From assembly GCA_044240285.1 (NCBI GenBank), contig JBIHZU010000002.1:1-39359 (forward strand): 39,359 bases of DNA. The letters are read 5' to 3'. The position numbers and the translations under genes are program-made. Within the stretch, counting starts at the first letter, position 1; every line of letters starts with the position of its first letter. Of the stretch, positions 29,148 through 38,520 are shown piece after piece. Under the pieces are notes generated by a model. That model was not told the origin of the DNA. It saw nothing but the letters and a program-made list of their open reading frames with translations, and searched no databases. Origin of the DNA: Candidatus Nanopelagicales bacterium. GTDB taxonomy: Bacteria; Actinomycetota; Actinomycetes; S36-B12.

Positions 29148-29263
29148 GTTGCCCGGTTATGGCAGTCGCAATCTTGTCATTGCCCGGTTGTGGCAACTTT
29201 TGCTCCCCTCGAAGTTGTCACAACCGGGCAACAAGGAGTCGGGGACTGTCACAACCGGGCAAC
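29148..29263. repeat. Repeat cassette B: paralogue of cassette A with the same geometry
   Basis: gttgcccggttatggca at 29148-29164, attgcccggttgtggca at 29179-29195, and tgtcacaaccgggcaac at 29216-29232 and 29247-29263 (inverted). Centres are again 31, 37 and 31 bp apart, offset 145 bp from cassette A. Confidence 0.9.
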
Positions 29264-29304
29264 AACGCGAAAAATGAGCCTGCCGTTGTGCCGAGGATCA
29301 GCGC

Positions 29305-29346
29305 CCACTGGCGATCAGGAAGCACCGCAGCACGACAAGTCGTTAG
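29305..29346 (+). pseudogene. Orphan duplicate of the ABC-2 permease 3' terminus (13 codons plus stop)
   Basis: cca ctg gcg atc agg aag cac cgc agc acg aca agt cgt tag encodes PLAIRKHRSTTSR*, against PLAIRKYRSTTSR* at 28707-28748. Five of six nucleotide differences are silent. There is no upstream ORF continuity. Confidence 0.8.
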
Positions 29347-29831
29347 CCGGCGTACGCCTCCACGCTGACGACGGTGACGCTCACTGATTTGCCGTTAGCG
29401 AGCTCGTAACTCGCCGAGTCACCCACGTGCTTGCCGAGTACGGCCGCGCCTAACGGAGACGACGGGGAATAGACCTCGACCGACGTGTGGGCAGCTTCTT
29501 CGCGAGATCCGAGCAGGAATGTCTCTTCTTCGTCGAAGTCATTGAACCGCACAGTGATGACTTTGCCGTGTGACACTTCGTCGGGGTGTGAGTCAGGTAC
29601 GCCGATTTGTGAGTTCTCGAGCAGCTGGCGCAACTGGCGGACTCGGGCCTCGTTCTTGCCCTGCTCCTCACGCGCTGCGTGGTAACCACCGTTCTCCTTG
29701 AGGTCGCCCTCCTCGCGCGCGGCTTCGATGCGCTTGGTGATCTCTTGGCGGCGCGGGCCCTCGCGATCAGCAAGTTCCTCGCTGAGTCGGTTGAAGGCTT
29801 CTTGGGTCAACCACGTCACGTGCTCGCTCAT
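29343..29831 (-). CDS. greA: Transcription elongation factor GreA
   Basis: MSEHVTWLTQEAFNRLSEEL coiled-coil N-terminus and a C-terminal FKBP-like domain (SPSSPLGAAVLGKHVGD). ATG start at 29829-29831. Confidence 0.92.
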   Translation of the reverse strand: MSEHVTWLTQEAFNRLSEELADREGPRRQEITKRIEAAREEGDLKENGGYHAAREEQGKNEARVRQLRQLLENSQIGVPDSHPDEVSHGKVITVRFNDFDEEETFLLGSREEAAHTSVEVYSPSSPLGAAVLGKHVGDSASYELANGKSVSVTVVSVEAYAG

Positions 29832-29848
29832 CCGAGCAGGGTACGCGA

Positions 29849-30325
29849 TCAGGCTGAATTCGGTGTCCACGGCTGTTCGGGTGGGAATACGCCGGGGGGG
29901 AACTGTGGGGGAATCACTCGTACGGGTGGTCCACCAGCCTCACAGGCCAGGATTTCGACGGTGTAGGCCGTAGCGAGCGTCCGCAAGGGGTACGTCAATT
30001 GCACGTAGCTCGCACCGGCTGCAAGAGGGATTGTGGCGTACGCAACATCGATGTGGGTCTCGTCCTGTGCACGCAGGATGCACCAGACGTTCGACTCCCC
30101 ATTGCGTCGGATCTCAAAGGTGACGTCGGTGTGTTCGGGGGAGAGGACCTGCCAGGTGAGCACCTTGGATTGGATCTTAGGGGCGGCGAGTTGCCAGGTG
30201 CCGTAGGCGATCGCTGCGCCGAAGGCCGCGATGACGACGACGGCCAAGGCAATAGTCCAGCGCGGCGTCCCTAGCCGATAGCGCTCGGCAATGTGAGGAG
30301 GGACATCCTTGGCCTTCACATGCAC
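29849..30325 (-). CDS. DUF4307 domain membrane protein
   Basis: Single N-terminal TM helix followed by a beta-rich domain. The position between greA and mca matches Rv1081c in M. tuberculosis. Confidence 0.65.
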   Translation of the reverse strand: MHVKAKDVPPHIAERYRLGTPRWTIALAVVVIAAFGAAIAYGTWQLAAPKIQSKVLTWQVLSPEHTDVTFEIRRNGESNVWCILRAQDETHIDVAYATIPLAAGASYVQLTYPLRTLATAYTVEILACEAGGPPVRVIPPQFPPGVFPPEQPWTPNSA

Positions 30326-30367
30326 CTCCGCTCGCGTGGTCCGGGTAGTTATTGGGAGACTATCTCT

Positions 30368-31240
30368 GTGCCCGAATCCTTTCGACTCCTAGCCGTCCAT
30401 GCCCACCCTGACGACGAGTCGAGCAAGGGTGCCGCAACGGTGGCCCGCTATGTCGCTGAGGGCGTCGAAGTCCTCGTAGCGACCTGCACTGGGGGCGAGC
30501 GTGGCGACGTTCTCAATCCGCTCACCCAGGCGCAGGTAGATCAGTACGGCATCGCCGAAGTCCGTCGCCGCGAAATGGCCCAGGCAGCGGCCCTACTCGG
30601 CGTGAGCCACGTGTGGCTGGGCTTCGAAGACTCTGGCTACCCCGAGGGAGACCCCAAGCCTCCGCTTCCGGAGGGTTGCTTCGGGTCACTTCCACTGGAA
30701 GTCGCCGCACGCCCCTTGGTGGAGATCGTTCGCCAATTCCGCCCGCACGTGATCACCACGTACGACGAAAACGGCGGCTATCCGCACCCTGATCACATTC
30801 GGTGCCATGAAGTTGCCATGGAGGCATACGAGACCGCTGGTGATCCGACAAAGTATGTCGGCACGGGCGAGCCGTGGGAGACATTAAAGCTGTACTACCA
30901 CCAAACGTTCCATCGAGCGCGTGTCGAGGCACTTCATGAGGCTCTGCTCGCGCAAGGCTTTGAGTCACCTTTTGGTGATTGGGTCGAGCGACTTCTAGAG
31001 CGACCCGACGACGCTCATCGAGTGACGACGCGAGTGCCTGCATCGCCGTGGTTTCACATCCGTGATGAGGCTCTGAGGGCGCATGCGACACAGGTGGCAC
31101 CAGATGGTTTCTGGTTTGCTATGCCGCTCGAGATGCAACATGAAGTGTGGCCGACAGAGGATTATGAATTGGCGCGCTCGCGTGTTCCAATCAATGTGCC
31201 GGAGGTCGATCTCTTTGCCGGAATTAGGGAGCAGTCATGA
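30368..31240 (+). CDS. mca: Mycothiol conjugate amidase (LmbE/PIG-L family)
   Basis: LLAVHAHPDDES zinc motif and HPDH downstream. The greA-adjacent position is typical of mca rather than mshB. The start is taken at GTG 30368; the ORF is open from 30293. Confidence 0.78.
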   Translation: MPESFRLLAVHAHPDDESSKGAATVARYVAEGVEVLVATCTGGERGDVLNPLTQAQVDQYGIAEVRRREMAQAAALLGVSHVWLGFEDSGYPEGDPKPPLPEGCFGSLPLEVAARPLVEIVRQFRPHVITTYDENGGYPHPDHIRCHEVAMEAYETAGDPTKYVGTGEPWETLKLYYHQTFHRARVEALHEALLAQGFESPFGDWVERLLERPDDAHRVTTRVPASPWFHIRDEALRAHATQVAPDGFWFAMPLEMQHEVWPTEDYELARSRVPINVPEVDLFAGIREQS

Positions 31241-31461
31241 CGTGGTTCGAGGAAGTTCCACCGATTGATCCCAATCGAGTGACGCCAGGTCTGTTGGGGC
31301 TGTTGTCCTTCATCTTCTTGATTGTCGCCGTTTTCTTGCTCTGGAGATCAATGCGCAAGCAGATGAAAAAGATCGACCCTTTGCTGCCTCAGGGCAAGGA
31401 AGAAAAGCGACGCGCGGATGAGCAAATCCCTGAGGAGCCCGACGGCTCGTCAGGTCAATGA
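31237..31461 (+). CDS. Small single-pass membrane protein
   Basis: One TM helix (LLGLLSFIFLIVAVFLLW) followed by a basic stretch. ATGA overlap with the mca stop. Confidence 0.55.
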   Translation: MTWFEEVPPIDPNRVTPGLLGLLSFIFLIVAVFLLWRSMRKQMKKIDPLLPQGKEEKRRADEQIPEEPDGSSGQ

Positions 31462-32180
31462 CCATGCTGCGGCTTCTGTTCACCCCGCGCTGGCTTGTTC
31501 GCTCGCTGTTGGGCGTGGTGTTGTTGGCCGTCTGCGTGGGATTGGGTGTCTGGCAGTGGGATCGGGCTCAGCTGACCCTTGAGTCAGAGCGTGCCGCACT
31601 CCAGGTTGCCGTTGACGTTGTTGACCTGGCACCGACCGGCGCTGAGCTTCCCGGTGAGAGTGTCGGACGACCAGTATTCGCGACCGGGCGCTACGCAGAA
31701 CCGCCGTTGTTCGTCTCCAATCGCTCGCTTGATGGCCGCAAGGGGTTCTGGGTGCTCAGTCCGCTCGACCTTGGTGATGGCTCTCGAGTCGCGGTCCTGC
31801 GCGGATGGCTTCCGGAGGTAGTCGAGGTCCCGACGGGCAACGCCACAGTTGATGGCGTGATGCAGCCGTACGAGAACTTCTATTCCGGCTCGACCTCGAA
31901 GAACGGAGTCATCGTCTCAATGACTCGCGACGAGATCGTTGCTGCATGGGGCGAAGATGTGCGTGCGGGCATCCTGAACCTCACCAGCCAAGAGCCTGCC
32001 TACGCCGGTGACCCGCTTCCAGTCCCTACGACTGTGCTGCCTCCCGGCGGGGGCTTCCCCTTGCAGAATTTCTTCTATGCCCTGCAATGGCTCATATTCG
32101 CCGGGTTTGTAGTCTTCTTCTGGTGGCGGTGGATCGGTATGGATCTGCGTGAACTCAAACAAAGGAAAGAGGCACCATGA
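31458..32180 (+). CDS. SURF1-family protein
   Basis: N-terminal TM helix followed by GVWQWDRAQ (SURF1 'WQ..R' motif), then a C-terminal TM helix (YALQWLIFAGFVVFFWW). ATGA overlap with the upstream gene. Confidence 0.75.
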   Translation: MTMLRLLFTPRWLVRSLLGVVLLAVCVGLGVWQWDRAQLTLESERAALQVAVDVVDLAPTGAELPGESVGRPVFATGRYAEPPLFVSNRSLDGRKGFWVLSPLDLGDGSRVAVLRGWLPEVVEVPTGNATVDGVMQPYENFYSGSTSKNGVIVSMTRDEIVAAWGEDVRAGILNLTSQEPAYAGDPLPVPTTVLPPGGGFPLQNFFYALQWLIFAGFVVFFWWRWIGMDLRELKQRKEAP

Positions 32181-32512
32181 AGGGTCTAGCCGGAGCGGCG
32201 ACGCGCTACCGCATCATGGCATGGATTACCGGTGTGCTTTTGGCGGTGCTGGTCTGTATTGGTATGCCGCTTCGGTACTGGCTACTCAAGGACAACTGGA
32301 ACCCACCCATCTCCACGATCTACGCAATCGGGTGGGTGCTCCATGGCTGGGTTTTCGTCGTGTATCTCGCCGCCGCACTCGATGTGACCTTCCGGATGAA
32401 GTACTCCGTGCTGAAGGTTCTCGGTGTCGCTATTTCCGGCACCATTCCGTTCATGTCTTTCGTGGCAGAGCATTTCGTCAAGCGAGATGTCAACGCAAAG
32501 CTGAGCCAGTAA
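32177..32512 (+). CDS. DUF3817 domain membrane protein
   Basis: RYRIMAWITGVLL and HGWVFVVYL motifs, 3-4 TM helices, ATGA overlap with the SURF1 stop. Confidence 0.7.
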   Translation: MKGLAGAATRYRIMAWITGVLLAVLVCIGMPLRYWLLKDNWNPPISTIYAIGWVLHGWVFVVYLAAALDVTFRMKYSVLKVLGVAISGTIPFMSFVAEHFVKRDVNAKLSQ

Positions 32513-32513
32513 C

Positions 32514-32547
32514 AAAAGAGGGCCCCGGAATCCCGGGACCCTCTTTT
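32514..32547. terminator. Bidirectional intrinsic terminator between convergent genes
   Basis: AAAAGAGGGCCCCGG-aatc-CCGGGACCCTCTTTT: a GC-rich stem of 10 bp plus one mismatch, flanked by A4 on the left and T4 on the right. It lies directly after the DUF3817 stop and 15 nt from the DUF805 stop. Confidence 0.8.
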
Positions 32548-32561
32548 GATTGAGTGCAGGT

Positions 32562-32999
32562 CTAAGCCTTGGGGTCCGGACCGAAGCGGTTTGGGCCGCG
32601 GGTGCCCTCTGATACCCAGAAGATAAGCAAAACGATCCAGCCGAAACACACGAGGTTGATCCACCACCACCAGCCGGAGTGATCGGCGTCGTGAAGGCGG
32701 CGGACCATCACCGAGAGCGTGGGAAGCAAGATCGCGAGGGCCCAGACTCCGACGATGATGAGCATGATGATGGCGAATGCGCTCAGACTGGCATTGCCAT
32801 TTGTGGTGATTTCGCCCGTCGTCTCATTGACGACAATTCCATCGGCACTTCCGTTCAGTGCGATCGTGAGAGGAATGGTGAGAACAACATTCACGATGAT
32901 GATGAAGAGGTAGTAGTACCAGAACTCGGACCGGCGGGCCCTTCCCTGGAATGTCGCGTACTTGCGGAAGCACGTGGAGACTGCTTCACCAAAGCCCAT
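32562..32999 (-). CDS. DUF805 domain inner-membrane protein
   Basis: FQGRARRSEFWYYYLF signature and four hydrophobic helices. The start is taken at MGFGEAV (ATG 32997-32999). Confidence 0.8.
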   Translation of the reverse strand: MGFGEAVSTCFRKYATFQGRARRSEFWYYYLFIIIVNVVLTIPLTIALNGSADGIVVNETTGEITTNGNASLSAFAIIMLIIVGVWALAILLPTLSVMVRRLHDADHSGWWWWINLVCFGWIVLLIFWVSEGTRGPNRFGPDPKA

Positions 33000-33151
33000 T
33001 GCAACTCCTTGAGACGGTGGGCCGATGGCCCGTGTACTGTCCACGCTAGCGGCGCACCGGTCGACGCACCAGATCCCACGCCGACTCTTCTTGATACCAA
33101 GGCAAATGCTCGGTCATTTTGCTTCCTAGTTGACGCTCCCGCGAGCATGAG

Positions 33152-33469
33152 TTAGCGAATCTGCCGAACGTGAAGAGCTGCAATTCCCTCGAAGTCATCG
33201 GGGTTGCGGGTGCAGACGGAAAGGTCATGACGAATTGCCGTTGCAGCGATGAGCGCGTCGGACGCGCGAGCGCGGCCTCTGCGACCTGAAACTCTCAGCG
33301 AAGCGGCCACCCGGCCTAAGACGCGCGCAGTCTCTGCATCGAAAGGGAGTGGGCTGAATGCCGCCTCGGCCACCTGGAGAACTGATTGGCGTCGGACGCG
33401 TTCGTCGGAGGTAGCAGCGACGAGTGAGCCAACGGAGAGTTAGTCGAGTGTGATTGCGGAGATGAAACT
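33152..33469 (-). pseudogene. Degenerate VapC (PIN-domain) toxin gene: 5'-truncated, with an in-frame stop
   Basis: The C-terminal two-thirds reads like VapC (PLPFDAETARVLG..., SDALIAATAIRHDLSVCTRNPDDFEGI). Upstream in the same frame is FISAITLD*LSV, with TAA at 33440-33442 where the conserved 'SAIT.aEL' Glu is expected. There is no N-terminal LDT.. segment and no antitoxin ORF. Confidence 0.55.
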
Positions 33470-33470
33470 C

Positions 33471-33824
33471 TCAGAGGGAAGTTGCAAGAGTTGCGGTACT
33501 GATTGCGAGCATGGCAATGGCAGGCAAGGTTCCCCGAAGGTGATCCTTGACTCGAAGATGAGCCCCAACGGCAAGGACGAAGTAGATCGACAGGCCGACT
33601 GCGGCAGCGATTCCGATTGCGTCGATTGCGAAACCGACGATCAATCCGACAGCTGCCAAGGTTTTGAGCAAGCCGAGAACGGTGCAGAGGTTGGGCGGAC
33701 AGCGAACTGTTTCAGCGGCTCTCGTGACGCTCGGTAGCTTGAGAAAGTCCCCGATTGCTGATGCTGTGCAGAGAACCGCGAGGACGACGCTGAGGATCGA
33801 GTGGGCAGAATTCATGACTTCCAA
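33471..33824 (-). CDS. DoxX-like small membrane protein
   Basis: 117 aa with four hydrophobic helices and the IGDFLKLP / VGAHLRVKD pattern typical of DoxX-like proteins. Confidence 0.55.
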   Translation of the reverse strand: MEVMNSAHSILSVVLAVLCTASAIGDFLKLPSVTRAAETVRCPPNLCTVLGLLKTLAAVGLIVGFAIDAIGIAAAVGLSIYFVLAVGAHLRVKDHLRGTLPAIAMLAISTATLATSL

Positions 33825-33948
33825 TTTTACTGCCTCTTGCTTCTAGGTCGACGTCGATGTGCCGCTACGTCGATTCGATGACGTATGGATTACCACGCCA
33901 AGTTCACCCGGCTGCTCACGGCTGGCCCTCTCACGGAAGTATGGGGAC

Positions 33949-35964
<2,016 letters not shown>

Positions 35965-35999
35965 GCGCCTAATCTCGTGAAACGAGCGTAGTCGAGTTC

Positions 36000-36761
36000 T
36001 TAGGAGCCGAATCGTCGCTGTCGGGCGGCGTAAGAACGCAGCGCGCGAAGGAAGTCGATGTGCCGAAAGTCTGGCCAGTACGCCTCGCAGAAGTAGAACT
36101 CTGAGTGAGCGCTCTGCCACAACAAGAAGCCGCCAAGTCTTTGCTCGCCCGAGGTGCGGATCACGAGGTCAGGATCTGGCTGGCCTTTGGTGTAGAGGTT
36201 CTTGGCGATGTCTTCGACGTCGATAGTCGCGGCCAGCTCTTCGAGCGACGTGCCCTTCTCGGCGTGCTGTTGGAGGAGTCCGCGTACGGCATCGACGACC
36301 TCGCGTCGACCGCCGTAGCTCACGGCGATGTTGACGAGCGAGCCGTTGATCGTGGACGTTGATTCGGCGGCTTCCTTCAGCACCCGCGAGGTGTGCGCGG
36401 GGAGCAAATCGAGGGAACCCACTGGGTGCAGACGCCAACGACCCGTTTCTGCGAGATCGGTGACGGTGTCCTCGATGATCGTGACGAGTGCATCGAGTTC
36501 TTCACGCGTACGAGAGAGGTTGTCTGTGGACAGCAGCCACAACGTGACGACCTCGACCCCGGCCTCATCGCACCACCCCAGGAAGTCCTTGATCTTTGCG
36601 GCCCCGGCTCGGTGGCCTGCCGATGACGTGGATCCCTGCATGCTGGCCCAACGGCGATTGCCATCGAGGATGACCCCCACGTGGCGCGGGACGCGGCCAC
36701 CGGCGACCTGCTTGCGGAGTCGGCGCCCATACGCCGAATACACCAGGTCCGTAAGTCCCAC
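36000..36761 (-). CDS. uppS: cis-Prenyltransferase (isoprenyl/undecaprenyl diphosphate synthase family; Rv1086-like position)
   Basis: HVGVILDGNRRWA and IRTSGEQRLGGFLLWQSAHSEFYF motifs. Confidence 0.88.
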   Translation of the reverse strand: MGLTDLVYSAYGRRLRKQVAGGRVPRHVGVILDGNRRWASMQGSTSSAGHRAGAAKIKDFLGWCDEAGVEVVTLWLLSTDNLSRTREELDALVTIIEDTVTDLAETGRWRLHPVGSLDLLPAHTSRVLKEAAESTSTINGSLVNIAVSYGGRREVVDAVRGLLQQHAEKGTSLEELAATIDVEDIAKNLYTKGQPDPDLVIRTSGEQRLGGFLLWQSAHSEFYFCEAYWPDFRHIDFLRALRSYAARQRRFGS

Positions 36762-36905
36762 GCCGCCTCCACTTCAAGTCCCGTCAGGCTACCGGGCCGC
36801 GCTTCGTGACAGTTATGTGAACGCCAGAAGAGCATCGGCGTGGCGTCGCGGGGCTGACTAAGGCCCGCCTTAACGTCGGAGACACCAGCGCCGGGACTGG
36901 CCCGG

Positions 36906-38240
36906 ATGCGCCGAGCTTTCGGAGAACACGTGCCTGCTGCGAGCCGCCCCTCCGTCCGCACCTACGTACTCGACACCAGCGTGCTGCTGTCTGATCCGCA
37001 TGCGCTGCTGAGATTCGACGAACACGAGGTGGTTCTTCCGCTCGTAGTGATCACTGAGCTTGAGGCTAAACGCACGCATCCTGAACTTGGCTATTTTGCG
37101 CGCGCCGCGCTTCGCTTGTTGGATGATGTGCGCCTCAGCGGGGGTCGACTTGACCAGCCAATCCCGATTGGCGAGCACGGTGGCACCTTGCGAGTTGAGC
37201 TCAATCACATCGACACGGCGGTGTTGCCGGCCGGATTCCAATCTGGTGACAACGACACCCGCATCCTCGCCGTTGCGCGCAATTTGGCAGCTGAGGGGCA
37301 CGACGTTGTTCTTGTCAGCAAGGACCTACCCATGCGCGTTAAGGCCTCAGCAGTTGGGCTGGAGGCAGACGAATATCGCGCCGAACTTGTTGTCGAATCC
37401 GGTTGGACGGGCATGGCCGAATTAGAGGTCGCTGCCACGATGATTGACGAGCTCTACGACGAGGGCGCGATCGATCTGGATCAAGCGCGAGATCTACCCT
37501 GCAATACCGGCCTCGTGCTGCTGTCTGATCGTGGGAGTGCGCTGGGTCGTGTCACAGCGGAGAAGCGTGTTCGGCTTATTCGCGGCGATCGTGAAGCATT
37601 TGGTATTCATGGCCGCTCGGCAGAGCAGCGTGTGGCACTGGATCTCTTACTTGACCCAGACATCGGTATCGTCTCCCTGGGTGGGCGAGCCGGCACCGGC
37701 AAGAGTGCGCTTGCACTGTGTGCCGGACTCGAAGCGGTGATGGAGCGACGTCAGCATCGCCGGGTGATCGTGTTCCGACCGCTCTACGCCGTGGGTGGTC
37801 AAGATCTTGGCTACTTGCCGGGTAATGAGGCAGAGAAGATGGGGCCTTGGGGCCAAGCAGTCTTTGACACCTTGGGCGCTGTGGCCACCCAAGAGGTCGT
37901 CGACGAGGTCCTCGATCGCGGCATGCTCGAGGTCCTACCGTTGACTCATATTCGTGGTCGCTCGCTCCACGACGCCTTTGTCATCGTCGATGAGGCGCAG
38001 TCCCTAGAGCGCAATGTTCTGCTGACGGTCCTCTCCCGCATCGGTCGAGACTCTCGAGTGGTGCTCACCCACGACGTCGCCCAGCGTGACAACCTGCGGG
38101 TGGGGCGCCACGACGGGGTCGTGGCCGTGGTGGAGAAACTCAAGGGTCACCCCCTCTTCGCCCACGTGACCCTGACCCGATCTGAGCGCTCGCCCATTGC
38201 GGCGTTGGTCACAGAAATGCTCGAGGACCCGCTGATTTGA
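36906..38240 (+). CDS. phoH2: PhoH2: N-terminal PIN domain fused to a PhoH-like ATPase
   Basis: PIN motif [13 protein letters not shown]...VITELE, Walker A GRAGTGKS, Walker B FVIVDEAQ. The start could be ATG 36906 or a downstream GTG. Confidence 0.88.
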   Translation: MRRAFGEHVPAASRPSVRTYVLDTSVLLSDPHALLRFDEHEVVLPLVVITELEAKRTHPELGYFARAALRLLDDVRLSGGRLDQPIPIGEHGGTLRVELNHIDTAVLPAGFQSGDNDTRILAVARNLAAEGHDVVLVSKDLPMRVKASAVGLEADEYRAELVVESGWTGMAELEVAATMIDELYDEGAIDLDQARDLPCNTGLVLLSDRGSALGRVTAEKRVRLIRGDREAFGIHGRSAEQRVALDLLLDPDIGIVSLGGRAGTGKSALALCAGLEAVMERRQHRRVIVFRPLYAVGGQDLGYLPGNEAEKMGPWGQAVFDTLGAVATQEVVDEVLDRGMLEVLPLTHIRGRSLHDAFVIVDEAQSLERNVLLTVLSRIGRDSRVVLTHDVAQRDNLRVGRHDGVVAVVEKLKGHPLFAHVTLTRSERSPIAALVTEMLEDPLI

Positions 38241-38360
38241 CCTCATACGGGCGACTTAGTCATGTGACTTAGTGGTCCGTCCGTGTCCAATCTGTTACCG
38301 TTGGCCCGTTCCCATCCACCCAGGTGGGGACCTCGCGGGGACGCCAAGTCCTGCCCCCTC

Positions 38361-38510
38361 GTGAGCGCTAACCGCGGGCAGGAGCGGGGGACCCAACACC
38401 GCGCACGTACTTCTAGGGCGCGGGGGCGAGTGATCGCCCTGGGGTGAAGTCACGAACCTGTGACCGGCCAACTCCCGGCCGAACCCGACAGCTCACCCCG
38501 TAGGCGTGTA
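38361..38510 (+). promoter_or_regulatory. Cyclic-di-AMP riboswitch (ydaO/yuaA class)
   Basis: Conserved blocks in the canonical order: GAGCGCUAACC...GGAGCGGGGGACCCA (38362-38394), CCCUGGGGUGAAGUC (38438-38452) and CCGAACCCGACAGCUCACCCCGUAGGCGUG (38479-38508). Compare B. subtilis ...GAGCGGGGGACCCA...GGGGUGAAUC...CCGAAUCCGACAGCUAACCUCGUAAGCGU. The 3' end abuts the AGGAG RBS of the next gene. Confidence 0.82.
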
Positions 38511-38520
38511 GGAGATGTCC

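Noticed and set aside
28791-29263. Possible CRISPR array.
   Set aside because: The 25-mers and 13-mers are contiguous with no unique spacers. The 17-19-bp sites have only 13-nt spacers and switch orientation. No cas genes are present in the window.
29002-29263. DnaA-box cluster / replication origin (TTGTGGCAA resembles the reverse of TTGTCCACA).
   Set aside because: The match to the actinobacterial DnaA box is only partial. There is no dnaA/dnaN context and no AT-rich unwinding element. An integrated-plasmid origin remnant cannot be fully excluded, and this is noted under the findings.
18830-29346. Classical tRNA-integrated genomic island bounded by a direct repeat of the tRNA 3' end.
   Set aside because: By eye I found no second copy of the tRNA 3' half (GGTTCAAATCCCACCGGGGGCACCA) in the window, and there is no integrase. 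The only flanking duplication seen is the permease 3' end, which is treated separately.
28681-29387. Several overlapping ORFs on both strands across the repeat region (e.g. 28681-29010 +, 28818-29003 +, 28829-29041 +, 28717-28911 -, 29004-29387 +, 29014-29277 +).
   Set aside because: They exist only because the repeats lack stop codons. The 25-bp and 13-bp units are not multiples of 3, so all frames cycle through permuted peptides. None has an RBS or a protein-like composition.
35965-35999. Small hairpin CTCGTgaaACGAG between the convergent thioredoxin-domain and uppS-like genes, as a terminator.
   Set aside because: The stem is only 5 bp and there is no U-tract, so it is not strong enough to annotate.
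38250-38360. Direct 8-mer repeat GACTTAGT (x2) and a CCACC..GGTGG hairpin between phoH2 and the riboswitch, as a possible sRNA or operator.
   Set aside because: It is too short and unsupported. It is most simply the promoter/terminator spacer for the riboswitch-controlled gene.
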